Source: a virus. From it: a stretch of 64,000 bases of DNA. The notes under the pieces are model-generated. The model worked only from the letters and a program-made list of their open reading frames with translations. It made no database searches and had not been told where the DNA came from. Within the stretch, counting starts at the first letter, position 1. Each line of letters begins with the position of its first letter. Location: the IMG/VR virus record IMGVR_UViG_3300007609_001696, positions 1 through 64,000 of that record; one strand, given 5' to 3'. The position numbers and the translations under genes were made by a program. Shown here one piece after another: positions 38,927-47,568 of this stretch.

Positions 38927-39154
38927 TCACAAAATATTTAATAATGTTAGTACCAATCCTGCTGTGCTCATCACTAGATTGGTGGCAATCATAGCACCAT
39001 CACGCCACATAAAACTGACAATCAGCCATACATAGCCCCCTGCGGCTAGAATCAACGGACCAGCTGGGTACATGTCTGGAAAGCCGGCATTAACTACAGT
39101 GCCTAAGATTAGAGTTGTTGTGGCAATCCACTTTAGAATTGAATCCAACTTCAT
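38927..39154 (-). CDS. Small three-TM membrane protein
   Basis: Hydrophobic; KW.AT, YP.GP. Confidence 0.65.
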   Translation of the reverse strand: MKLDSILKWIATTTLILGTVVNAGFPDMYPAGPLILAAGGYVWLIVSFMWRDGAMIATNLVMSTAGLVLTLLNIL

Positions 39155-39430
39155 TTTATCAAATAATACTCTGTTTGTTGCTGATCTGTGAGCGTAGCGT
39201 ACACTTCTACCATAGGATTAAACATACTCATTTTGGTTACTATACGTGTGTTCAAAGAAATTTTATTGTCAAGAATCCAACAACCAATACGATTGTGTTC
39301 TAACCAGTCGGCTATTACCATGTTTGCAATAAGATCGGGCTCGTCTGTGTCGCCTATCTTGAATTCATATACAAGGACGTTTTTACCACCAGCTGACGGC
39401 TCGCCCAAATCCAAATATGTTGACAAAGCA
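39151..39430 (-). CDS. Hypothetical protein (start uncertain)
   Basis: F.IGD..EPDL motif; 3' part of track ORF 39151..39504. Confidence 0.45.
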
Positions 39431-39667
39431 AAAATATCCTGTAAGTACCATAGGCCACAGTAGTTGCCTACGATAGTAAGCATAACATCCAGTGAGTGCA
39501 CCAATTAAAAATCCTGGATATACAAATCTCATGTCAGGATCATATGCATAAAGTGCAAGGTACATACTAGCACTCACTGTAAAAACAAAACTTACTATTT
39601 CGTTGTAAAAAGCAATTCTGTCACTGCGGTAGCTGTTGATCCAAAATTGCTTGACGTTTTCGATCAC
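39383..39667 (-). CDS. Small three-TM membrane protein
   Basis: Hydrophobic helices; coupled to the upstream gene. Confidence 0.65.
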   Translation of the reverse strand: MIENVKQFWINSYRSDRIAFYNEIVSFVFTVSASMYLALYAYDPDMRFVYPGFLIGALTGCYAYYRRQLLWPMVLTGYFCFVNIFGFGRAVSWW

Positions 39668-39927
39668 TGTAGTTTGCCAGTGGTATCAAGAATGGTCTCT
39701 AGTAAATCATATTCTTCGCTGTGTTGCCCAAAGTTTCCCTTGTGAGCCACACGAATGGCTTTTTTTAGCACACTTGGCTTGATTTCCATTTCTTCTGCAA
39801 TTGCTTTGATGGTGTCGTTTAAACCTTCGTTGAGCATGTCGACTTCTTGCATCACGTTCATGCCTTCGTTGATAATTTGTACAAGTTTTTGCACTTCTGC
39901 CGGGTTGAATACTTTTCCTGAACTCAT
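39664..39927 (-). CDS. T4 DsbA/GapR-like small DNA-binding protein
   Basis: Coiled coil with D.IK.IAEE..IKP..L.KAI..AHK. Confidence 0.6.
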   Translation of the reverse strand: MSSGKVFNPAEVQKLVQIINEGMNVMQEVDMLNEGLNDTIKAIAEEMEIKPSVLKKAIRVAHKGNFGQHSEEYDLLETILDTTGKLQ

Positions 39928-39953
39928 AGAGACCTCTTGTTATATCTAATGTT

Positions 39954-39982
39954 ATTGTATAGGATCAAAGATAGTTTGTCAA
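39954..39982 (-). promoter_or_regulatory. Sigma70 promoter TTGACA-N17-TACAAT heading the replication/modification operon
   Basis: Near-consensus boxes and spacing. Confidence 0.75.
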
Positions 39983-41023
39983 TTAATTTTTTGGATTAAA
40001 TTGGAACAACATTTCCTGTGGCTTGTCTGTGGTAATAATGGCTGGATTTTTACGAAAAACCTGTATCTGTTCCAAGTCATCTGCATTCTTGATTACACCC
40101 ATGGCATTGTCTGCAAAACTAATGGCTGCTAGAACCTGCCATTCGCCGCCCATGTCTGAGTTTTTATACCAGTCAAAGTTGTCTTTGATGTAGGCTTTGC
40201 GAACAAGATTTGGATCTGCATTGTTTTTGGAAAATTCTTGAATGCTTCTGCTAGCAGAGTTTCCAAAAATTTCACCAAACACTGCTTCACCTATCTCCTT
40301 GCGATCAGCAGGAGTAATACCTTCTACTGAATTTACCAGTTGAACAAATGTTTCAACATTCATGCTTTTTTGTTTGTTGAGAAATTCGGCCACAGGTGCA
40401 GCCAACTTTTCAAACCCTGATAGTATCTGTACCATGCGACTTCTACTGGGCAGTTGTCCAGTTTCGCCAAATCGGCCGCCGCCGCCGCCTTTCTTTTCGC
40501 TGGTGGCTGCTTTGACTTCAACAGGTGTATCTCCAACTGTTACATCGCCTTTGCCTTGTATGCTGATGTCCGAACTTAGAATAGCAAGTGCATGTTCCGC
40601 AGGCCCTTTCATTTTTTGCCCAACACCATAGCTTTTCAGATGTTCAAACACAGCTCTGTTAATTGGGTCGCCATAGGTCAATTGGTCGATGGTATAGCTG
40701 CCTGGAGTAATTAGCAGTTTGGCATTGATTACACGGTTGTTTTCTAGGTTTTCCAAGAATTTTAACTTTTGCGGATAGCTGAGATTAGAATCTGCAATCT
40801 TTGCTGCAATACGACGAATTTCTGCGACTGCATACTCGTCTTTGAGCACTTCTGGCAATACCTCGCCGAATCGACTGGTTATGTTGTTTTTGTTCAATAC
40901 TGTATAGATTTTATCCAGCAAGTCTCTGTCTTGTTCGGCCTGCAGGCGCTTGACAATCAACTGCTTTAGTTCTTTGTCTGCAATTTCTTCTTGGTATTCT
41001 CGGACAATTTGTGTAATTTTCAT
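39983..41023 (-). CDS. Putative PD-(D/E)xK restriction-endonuclease-fold protein
   Basis: GPAE...KGDV.V....VEVK; N-terminus MKITQIVRE. Confidence 0.6.
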   Translation of the reverse strand: MKITQIVREYQEEIADKELKQLIVKRLQAEQDRDLLDKIYTVLNKNNITSRFGEVLPEVLKDEYAVAEIRRIAAKIADSNLSYPQKLKFLENLENNRVINAKLLITPGSYTIDQLTYGDPINRAVFEHLKSYGVGQKMKGPAEHALAILSSDISIQGKGDVTVGDTPVEVKAATSEKKGGGGGRFGETGQLPSRSRMVQILSGFEKLAAPVAEFLNKQKSMNVETFVQLVNSVEGITPADRKEIGEAVFGEIFGNSASRSIQEFSKNNADPNLVRKAYIKDNFDWYKNSDMGGEWQVLAAISFADNAMGVIKNADDLEQIQVFRKNPAIITTDKPQEMLFQFNPKN

Positions 41024-41030
41024 ATTGTAT

Positions 41031-41324
41031 TTAGTTGATGATTTTTTCTATTATCAACAGCACTAAGTCGTCTGTGCCTTTGATTATTCTATGGTGCGTG
41101 CCGCTGTCAATTAGGTATATTTTGTTGTGTACAAACGGTTCAGGCAATTGGTTATCGTACTGCAATTGCCAATTGTTACCTTTGATTACTTGCACTGTTC
41201 TATCAAACTGATCTGTATGCCATTCCAGCCGATCTTCGTTGACGTCTTTGTCAAACACTCTAACAAATATTCTTTTGCTAGATGTTTGCCAAGCAACAGT
41301 GTCTGTGTAAGGTGTTACCACCAA
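41031..41324 (-). CDS. Small cupin-like protein
   Basis: WH.D..R...W.LQ.DN.LP...HRIIKG. Confidence 0.65.
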   Translation of the reverse strand: MVVTPYTDTVAWQTSSKRIFVRVFDKDVNEDRLEWHTDQFDRTVQVIKGNNWQLQYDNQLPEPFVHNKIYLIDSGTHHRIIKGTDDLVLLIIEKIIN

Positions 41325-41911
41325 CGACCTCCGCCTTTGAGCCCCAAAGACTTGGCATATCGTGGCAATCTACAAGCCCAGTAGCCTGCTTTGGTTTTGT
41401 CTTTTTTCTTTTCGCAGTTGTGTCTGGCTGCAAAGCTTTTACGAGCTTCTGGATCTTGTAATTTAACAGAGAGATTGCCACCGCCACCTTCTGCACCAAA
41501 TTCTACTTTGTTAACATTGCCTGATTTGGGATTTTTAACATACACGTAGAATTTTTTACTGCCGCCGCGTTTGGGTTTGTTGAGCTCTACATCTCTGCCT
41601 TGATATTCAGCTTCTTTGATCACATGTTCATGTTCTTCGATTGGAAAGTCTAATGGTACATCGCCGACACCCTCTACAAATGCCCATTCGCCAATGTCTG
41701 TGTGTTCTATCAGTTCACGATCGAACCAGTGATTCAATTCTAATTCACCGTTGTTGTACTGTTGTCGTGCTTCGCGAAACAGTTCAAAATATGCGTCACT
41801 GCCCATGCGAAACATGTTTTCATGCAGATATACGCTGTTGTCAATGTGGAAATCAAGTGCTTCGCGAGCACGTGACTCGCGAGGCTTGTTGTTTAAATTT
41901 TTTGCTTTCAT
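41315..41911 (-). CDS. Late phage protein with basic C-terminal KSF.ARH.C...GYWAC domain
   Basis: TAAATA-N5-ATG; IKE junction precedes the basic domain. Confidence 0.7.
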   Translation of the reverse strand: MKAKNLNNKPRESRAREALDFHIDNSVYLHENMFRMGSDAYFELFREARQQYNNGELELNHWFDRELIEHTDIGEWAFVEGVGDVPLDFPIEEHEHVIKEAEYQGRDVELNKPKRGGSKKFYVYVKNPKSGNVNKVEFGAEGGGGNLSVKLQDPEARKSFAARHNCEKKKDKTKAGYWACRLPRYAKSLGLKGGGRWW

Positions 41912-41929
41912 GCAAGTATTTAGTTGTGT

Positions 41930-42694
41930 TTAAATACCAGCGGCTTTCTTACAATTGAGTATGTATGCACTCATGTTGTGGTCCATAAGACCGTCAAAAG
42001 GTTTAAATTTACTCCATGCACTGACTATACCTGCCAATCTGTCTATGATTTCCTGCCATTTATTGTACTTGACAAGAACCCCATACCGATTGAAGTACAT
42101 CAATTCACCATGATGGCAATAGAACAACAGTGCTGGTGGCACTCGTGTAACAATATCATTGTTGTTGACATAACGATAGTGCGAGAATGTGCAGTTTTCT
42201 ACAAACTTTCTGTTTCCTGCTCTAGGACTACCGTATGTGTACAAACAATCAATGTGGCACTCGTCCTGTAGTTTACTGGCTGCAATTGTGGCCATGGCTG
42301 CACCCAAGCTGTGCCCTGTTATAAAAAACTTTTCAACGTCACTGTCAAACACATGCTTTTGCATGGCTGACATCACATCGTTCCAAATGTCTAATACCTC
42401 ATTTTGGAATCCGTCGTGCACCCAACCGCTTGCTTCTGCGTCATCTGGCAATGCATTCAAATCTGCTGCTAAATCGTTCCACTGATCTGGTTCTGTACCC
42501 CTGAAGCTGAGTACCATCACGTTGTCTTGTTTTGAGAGGTAACCTTGTGCGCCACCTTTGTTGAAAAATTCTAAAACTTCAAATCCAATGCCTTCAAAAG
42601 GATTGTTTGTGCCGTTGTAATCTTCGTATGTCTTTCCTGCTATAACCGCGCAGACATAACCCACATATGCGGGATTGTTAAAATCTTGTTTCAT
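41930..42694 (-). CDS. Class 3 lipase
   Basis: FRGTE, VH.GF, TGHSLGAA, YGSPR.GN, N..DIV..VP, H. Confidence 0.9.
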   Translation of the reverse strand: MKQDFNNPAYVGYVCAVIAGKTYEDYNGTNNPFEGIGFEVLEFFNKGGAQGYLSKQDNVMVLSFRGTEPDQWNDLAADLNALPDDAEASGWVHDGFQNEVLDIWNDVMSAMQKHVFDSDVEKFFITGHSLGAAMATIAASKLQDECHIDCLYTYGSPRAGNRKFVENCTFSHYRYVNNNDIVTRVPPALLFYCHHGELMYFNRYGVLVKYNKWQEIIDRLAGIVSAWSKFKPFDGLMDHNMSAYILNCKKAAGI

Positions 42695-42740
42695 TTTTGA
42701 CCCTCTAACCTTGTCTTTCGACAGTAATATTTATCGGGTA

Positions 42741-42905
42741 CTAGGTTGTTTTAGAGGACATAGCTGTGTTTTTATCACACAACAGGCACACACACTTTTT
42801 GCAGATCACATAAGTAAACCTGCCAATTTCACGACCGTTTACAGTTTTCTGCAAAGCTTGCATGCAATGAGAAGGATTTTTGCATTTAGAACAAGTTGTT
42901 TTCAT
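42741..42905 (-). CDS. Small Cys-rich zinc-finger-like protein (54 aa, not in ORF track)
   Basis: ATGA overlap; CSKC...HC...CKKCVCLLC. Confidence 0.6.
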   Translation of the reverse strand: MKTTCSKCKNPSHCMQALQKTVNGREIGRFTYVICKKCVCLLCDKNTAMSSKTT

Positions 42906-43213
42906 TTGTTTTTGACGTTTTTAGCCTTTCCGCGACGATCTGGATTTGGATCTTTTCTGCGTTTTCTGCGAACTGCTCTGGCAATACCAGCTTTGCCATC
43001 CTTTTTACCATCTCCGTCTGCGTCCGCGTTTCGCAAGCTAGCGGCTTTGCTCTTGCTCAAACACTTGGGCTTGGCATTGCCTTTGGTATCCCCGCACTTG
43101 CCGATTCGCTCGCCTTTGCTGTTGTAAGCATCCCAGCCTCCGCCACCTGCGCCACCTTTTTTGCCTTTGCCGAACCAATCCTTTAAACTTTCAGAAATTT
43201 CAGCGATCCGCAT
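42902..43213 (-). CDS. Small basic Cys-pair late protein
   Basis: MRIAEISE|SLKDWF...KC...PKC; K/R-rich. Confidence 0.65.
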   Translation of the reverse strand: MRIAEISESLKDWFGKGKKGGAGGGGWDAYNSKGERIGKCGDTKGNAKPKCLSKSKAASLRNADADGDGKKDGKAGIARAVRRKRRKDPNPDRRGKAKNVKNK

Positions 43214-43620
43214 TATTCTTTGTCCCAACTAAGGCTGGTTTCGTCTGTGTCAATAGGACCACCAGCCGCCCAAGTTCGACAGGTCCTTGCACTGTGACAC
43301 TTGAATTTGTGCATCCAGCAGTAGCCCAAGTATCCATCTTCGTCTTCTAGCTCGCCCGGCATACATTCTAGCATTCTTGGGCTGATATCAAATGCCGCAC
43401 AGTTTGAACAAAGACTGGCTTTTGCGGCTTCTTCTGTGGTATTCCAGTGTTCTGCTATGTCTTTCCAGTAATCACCGGGCACATCAACGTTTAGAGGGCC
43501 GTACTGTATGTGATCAGCACGAATAGCGGCATCACGGTTTTTAGTGTTGAGTTCCAAGTCTTGTGTTGCCAGTGGACAATTTTTTTCAATTGCTTCTAGT
43601 ACGTTGATCAAGTCTCTCAT
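43213..43620 (-). CDS. Cys-rich protein, HiPIP-like metal-binding pattern
   Basis: CSNC...GYC....FKC....TC..W. Confidence 0.6.
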   Translation of the reverse strand: MRDLINVLEAIEKNCPLATQDLELNTKNRDAAIRADHIQYGPLNVDVPGDYWKDIAEHWNTTEEAAKASLCSNCAAFDISPRMLECMPGELEDEDGYLGYCWMHKFKCHSARTCRTWAAGGPIDTDETSLSWDKE

Positions 43621-44183
43621 TTCTTCTTGCTCTTGTTGCCCCAGTTTTTAGCACCCACTTTGCGACATTGTACTAGTGCTCCACTTGCATATGCACTTGG
43701 CCACACTTTATAGCGACTTTTGACTTTGTGATAACAAGCATCTTTTTCGCCAGCTGCTTCGTCAAACTGCTCTTCAGTGATAGTTTCGACACTTTCTTCC
43801 AGGCCAAATTCTCTTGGATCGGGCCATGAATCACGTTTGCCTTTATAGTAGTCGTTTACAGCTTGATACCATGCTTCTTTGTCGTTTATTTTGTATCCGG
43901 CAATCTTTTCAAAGTCTTTGACTAACTTTTCTCTAGCACTAGATTTAGCTTCACTTACTGGATCTATTGTAGCAAATACTTGTGTCTTCTTGTTGTATTT
44001 TTGTTGGATAGTAGATGCGGCCCGGTTGGCAGATTGTTGGTTGCCGAATACTTTCCACTTTTTTCCATCAATGTGCACAGCATAGTTATTCATGTTGCTT
44101 TGGTCGGGTTCGTCGTATGCACGATAGTCACTACCTGGACCTTTGCCGCCGTTGTATTGTTCGGTGAATTCATTTGCTTTCAT
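43617..44183 (-). CDS. Modular late protein with C-terminal DACY...WPSAYASG..C domain
   Basis: MKANEFTE start; internal VSE/ITE/FDE junctions. Confidence 0.65.
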   Translation of the reverse strand: MKANEFTEQYNGGKGPGSDYRAYDEPDQSNMNNYAVHIDGKKWKVFGNQQSANRAASTIQQKYNKKTQVFATIDPVSEAKSSAREKLVKDFEKIAGYKINDKEAWYQAVNDYYKGKRDSWPDPREFGLEESVETITEEQFDEAAGEKDACYHKVKSRYKVWPSAYASGALVQCRKVGAKNWGNKSKKK

Positions 44184-44187
44184 GTTA

Positions 44188-44454
44188 TTATCCTAAAATC
44201 ATTTGCTCTAATCGTGCTATTCTGGCCTCTAGTTGTGCAATCTTTTGATCTTTGTCGTCAGTTGGCTGTGTATCAACTTTTTGTGGCGGTGTTGCAGGAA
44301 CCTCAGCAGGAACACTTTCGTTGAGTTTGCCGAGTATGTCTTTCATTGCGGCTTTTTCGGCACTCAACGATCCTGGTGTAGGTGCAGCTGATTCGTCTGA
44401 GTCTGTTTGGCCTTCCATTCTCTGAAGGATTTTCAACATTTCTGGGTCGTGCAT
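44188..44454 (-). CDS. Small hypothetical late protein
   Basis: TAAATA and AAGGA upstream. Confidence 0.6.
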   Translation of the reverse strand: MHDPEMLKILQRMEGQTDSDESAAPTPGSLSAEKAAMKDILGKLNESVPAEVPATPPQKVDTQPTDDKDQKIAQLEARIARLEQMILG

Positions 44455-44476
44455 GGTTTTTGATCCTTTTGTCTAT

Positions 44477-45646
44477 TTATGATAAAAATTCTTCTATTCT
44501 AGTACCTGTAATCTCTCGCATATTTTGCTGAAAAAACAAATGTCTATTGTGTCTTAGTTTTTCAATTATTGCAGGTGTGATTTCAACGTCTTGTTTGCAA
44601 TTATCAACAATAGTTTTTAGTCGCTGTGCTCTGTTGTATTCGTTGTCGTAGCTTTCGTCAAACAATTCCGGGAAGGTTTCGTAACCTCTGCTTTGCAAAT
44701 AAGACAGCGTGCCTGCAGTGCCAAATATTTGAAAAGGATGGCCAATAGCAATAGGTTTGTAGGTCTTTTCTGTAAAAAACAACATGTAGTCCATGGTGTG
44801 TGTTTCCGACACCAAGCTGAATTTGGTTTTATAGTAGAGCTCTAGGGGACTCAAAAACGTGTGTTGTTTGTACAAGTCCGAATAAAAGTTTTGTATAAAA
44901 TCCAAAAAGTTGTTGTAATTGCTGTTGTCATAATTAAAACGGTCAAACAATTGTTGATCGGCAATATGCTTTTGGTGTTGCCACAAGCAACTTACTATAT
45001 TGCTATCCAACAGGTTATCTTTGTGCAGATAGTACAAACAAGCTTGTTTGTTTGGTCTAACCAGTGCATTTAGATTAATAAAATTGTGTTGTTTTGGCGT
45101 ACAAATATAGGTGTTCAAACTTTCAAGAATAGACGGTGTTTCCTTGTATTCTATTCTATCGTAGTGTATCATTTCCCATATTTCTACACTACACACATGC
45201 ATTTCTGAAAAATAACTGTGCTCAAACTTTTTGTGGTTGTGTTCGCCATTTAAATCTCCTGTGATAAAACATATTTTGTCAGCAGGAATTTGCATCTTGC
45301 TGAGAATGTTATAAAAGTTATTCCATGCATCATCAAGCCACCAGTAGGAGTTTGCTTCTGTGGCTTGATACAGCAACAATTTTGTGTCTTCTCTTTGCAA
45401 ATAATCAATGTAATGCTGTGGTAAGTTTAAAAAATCCTTGAAACTATGAGGGTTGTAAAGATTTAGGCAACAATAATTTTTGTTGTGTTTTTTTGGCTCT
45501 GTGGACTTTGAAAAAACTACACCGCACTTGTGCAACAGCCATTCAACAGTCCAATTCCAGTATTGATCGTTGCCGCTGAACGTTCGCTCTTTTTGGTTGT
45601 AGCAGCTTGTGTCGAGTGTTTGGTTTGGGTAAACAAGGTTAACCAT
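44477..45646 (-). CDS. Glycosyltransferase-like protein (TEKT.KP family)
   Basis: LVSET, FFTEKTYKPI..GHPF, GYETF...DESYD. Confidence 0.6.
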   Translation of the reverse strand: MVNLVYPNQTLDTSCYNQKERTFSGNDQYWNWTVEWLLHKCGVVFSKSTEPKKHNKNYCCLNLYNPHSFKDFLNLPQHYIDYLQREDTKLLLYQATEANSYWWLDDAWNNFYNILSKMQIPADKICFITGDLNGEHNHKKFEHSYFSEMHVCSVEIWEMIHYDRIEYKETPSILESLNTYICTPKQHNFINLNALVRPNKQACLYYLHKDNLLDSNIVSCLWQHQKHIADQQLFDRFNYDNSNYNNFLDFIQNFYSDLYKQHTFLSPLELYYKTKFSLVSETHTMDYMLFFTEKTYKPIAIGHPFQIFGTAGTLSYLQSRGYETFPELFDESYDNEYNRAQRLKTIVDNCKQDVEITPAIIEKLRHNRHLFFQQNMREITGTRIEEFLS

Positions 45647-45660
45647 AAATATATTTATGG
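45643..45660. promoter_or_regulatory. 18-bp palindrome containing back-to-back TAAATA motifs and both start codons
   Basis: CCATAAATATATTTATGG. Confidence 0.7.
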
Positions 45661-46826
45661 GCTTTTATTGTGCATTAGCAAACTATGGTATTACAATAGA
45701 TAACGATGATACTTTGATGCCCTGCTGTCAGTACAATCTAAATAAAAGCCAATTGCCCAAGCTATCGCACCGTCAAGCAGCCGACTTTGAAAAAACAGTT
45801 AGGCCTCAAATTATCAAAGATCTAGAGCAAGGTGTGCTTCATGCGGGCTGTGATGTTTGCTGGCATCAGGAAAAAATCAGCGGCAAAAGTTTGCGCACAG
45901 ACTCAAACAAATTCTACACAGATGATCCTCGTGGCATAGTTGACATGGAAGTAAGACTGGGCAATGTGTGCAATTTAAAATGTCCAATGTGTGGTCCTTA
46001 TGCTAGCAGTTTGTGGTATGCAGAAATGTCTAAACATCGAGATCAGTTTATGGAAAACAATTACTATCGATTGATTGACAAAAAAGATCCTGTCGACAGT
46101 CAGTACAAACCAGATCGAGATTATTACACCAGCAAATGGTATGATGAACAAACTGTGTTTGAATTTGTAGATTTGCGTTTGCATAATTTGCGCAAATTAA
46201 ACATCAGCGGAGGCGAGCCGTTTATGTCTGATACCATGCGGTCTATTCTTCAAACACTGTCAGCTCGACAAGATCTGCATCCTGATTTTACAATTCAAAT
46301 CAACACCAACGGCACTGTACTTGATCAAACACACATAGAGTTGTTGCAAAAAATAAAATACAGAGTGAGAATTTGCATAAGCCTGGAAGGTGTTGGCAAA
46401 CACAATGACTACCTAAGACATCCTTCAAACTGGCAGGACATTGACAAAAATATCAAAATTTTATGCGGAATTCGCGACAAACGTATAGAGAAAAATTTTA
46501 GTGTGACATCTCAGCACACCGTTCAGCCAGCAAGCGTGTACAGTTTTTTACCATTGGCAGAGTATTGCTATCAAATGCGTATTCCTATGGTACTGAGTCC
46601 CGTGTACAACAGTAAAATGGATCTGTCTGCTATAAATCAAGATGAAAAAAATAAGGTAAAAAACATACACTGTGATACATGCGACCAAGATACATTGGAA
46701 CGCTTCAAAAGGATAATAAGAAAAATCAATCCTAAAGAACAGTCAAGAAAATCCTACAAAAAATACATTGGGTTTTTGGATAAAATTAGAAACACCAACT
46801 ATGAAAGCTTGTTTGGTCCTTTGTGA
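45657..46826 (+). CDS. Radical SAM protein with N-terminal SPASM/twitch-like domain
   Basis: C..PCC...C..C, CNLKCPMC, GGEPF, TNG, S.EG. Confidence 0.88.
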   Translation: MGFYCALANYGITIDNDDTLMPCCQYNLNKSQLPKLSHRQAADFEKTVRPQIIKDLEQGVLHAGCDVCWHQEKISGKSLRTDSNKFYTDDPRGIVDMEVRLGNVCNLKCPMCGPYASSLWYAEMSKHRDQFMENNYYRLIDKKDPVDSQYKPDRDYYTSKWYDEQTVFEFVDLRLHNLRKLNISGGEPFMSDTMRSILQTLSARQDLHPDFTIQINTNGTVLDQTHIELLQKIKYRVRICISLEGVGKHNDYLRHPSNWQDIDKNIKILCGIRDKRIEKNFSVTSQHTVQPASVYSFLPLAEYCYQMRIPMVLSPVYNSKMDLSAINQDEKNKVKNIHCDTCDQDTLERFKRIIRKINPKEQSRKSYKKYIGFLDKIRNTNYESLFGPL

Positions 46827-47035
46827 TCTTCAGGATATATTGACTTTACTTTGCGTGAATAATTTTTAGGCTTGACTTTTTTGCGGTTTGGTCGGTTGAT
46901 GGTATAACCATATGGATCCACAGCACGTCGGATCATTGCAGGATCACCAAACAACGGCATGCTCACAGCAGCTATATTTTCACTGGCAGTGGCACCATCT
47001 GTGGCAACTTCTAGTATGATTTCACTGATCTTCAT
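46799..47035 (-). CDS. Small late protein (MKISEIILE...)
   Basis: Probable ATG at 47035. Confidence 0.55.
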   Translation of the reverse strand: MKISEIILEVATDGATASENIAAVSMPLFGDPAMIRRAVDPYGYTINRPNRKKVKPKNYSRKVKSIYPEDHKGPNKLS

Positions 47036-47339
47036 ATTCAATCTCGGCCGACAACGCACTTTTTTCTTGTGCTAGCACTTTTGTGGTGCTGAGGCAGTCT
47101 TTGATACCAATGTTTGTGATCTTGTAGCTGAGTGGAGGTATTACCCATTCAACTTGCACACACACCGGCCGACTGTTTACAATTATAGGACTGCGTTCTG
47201 CATAGTATGTGCTATTCATGTCATCTGCCAAAAACGTGCGTTCTGTCATCAAGTATCCATCGATGTACAATCTGTACACCGGAGGTTTGTCTTTGATGAC
47301 CAAAGCATGTATATCTAAGCAAACAACCTGTGATTCCAT
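47022..47339 (-). CDS. Hypothetical protein (P.YRLY....L.TER)
   Basis: TAAATACTTGC-ATG start, identical to that at 41911. Confidence 0.6.
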   Translation of the reverse strand: MESQVVCLDIHALVIKDKPPVYRLYIDGYLMTERTFLADDMNSTYYAERSPIIVNSRPVCVQVEWVIPPLSYKITNIGIKDCLSTTKVLAQEKSALSAEIEYEDQ

Positions 47340-47369
47340 GCAAGTATTTAGCAAACAATTGCAGGTGTT

Positions 47370-47552
47370 TTATTTGTTGGTGTACCAGCTGGCTATTCTT
47401 GTGAGATAATTGTGTGGCACTCTTTGTGATTTTTTGTGCGAAGTCTTGAGTTTTTTGGCCTTGGCTCGTAGGCGCTTTTGGTCTGTTTTGCTTAGTTTAT
47501 CTTTGGAATTTACACCCATGTAATCTGCGGCTTGTTTTAAAAACACATTCAT
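47370..47552 (-). CDS. Small basic hypothetical protein
   Basis: AAGGAG SD. Confidence 0.55.
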   Translation of the reverse strand: MNVFLKQAADYMGVNSKDKLSKTDQKRLRAKAKKLKTSHKKSQRVPHNYLTRIASWYTNK

Positions 47553-47568
47553 GGTATACTCCTTGTTG

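Noticed and set aside
42675-43186. Plus-strand ORFs of 150 and 96 aa (and similar antisense ORFs throughout)
   Set aside because: They lie opposite better-supported, translationally coupled minus-strand genes
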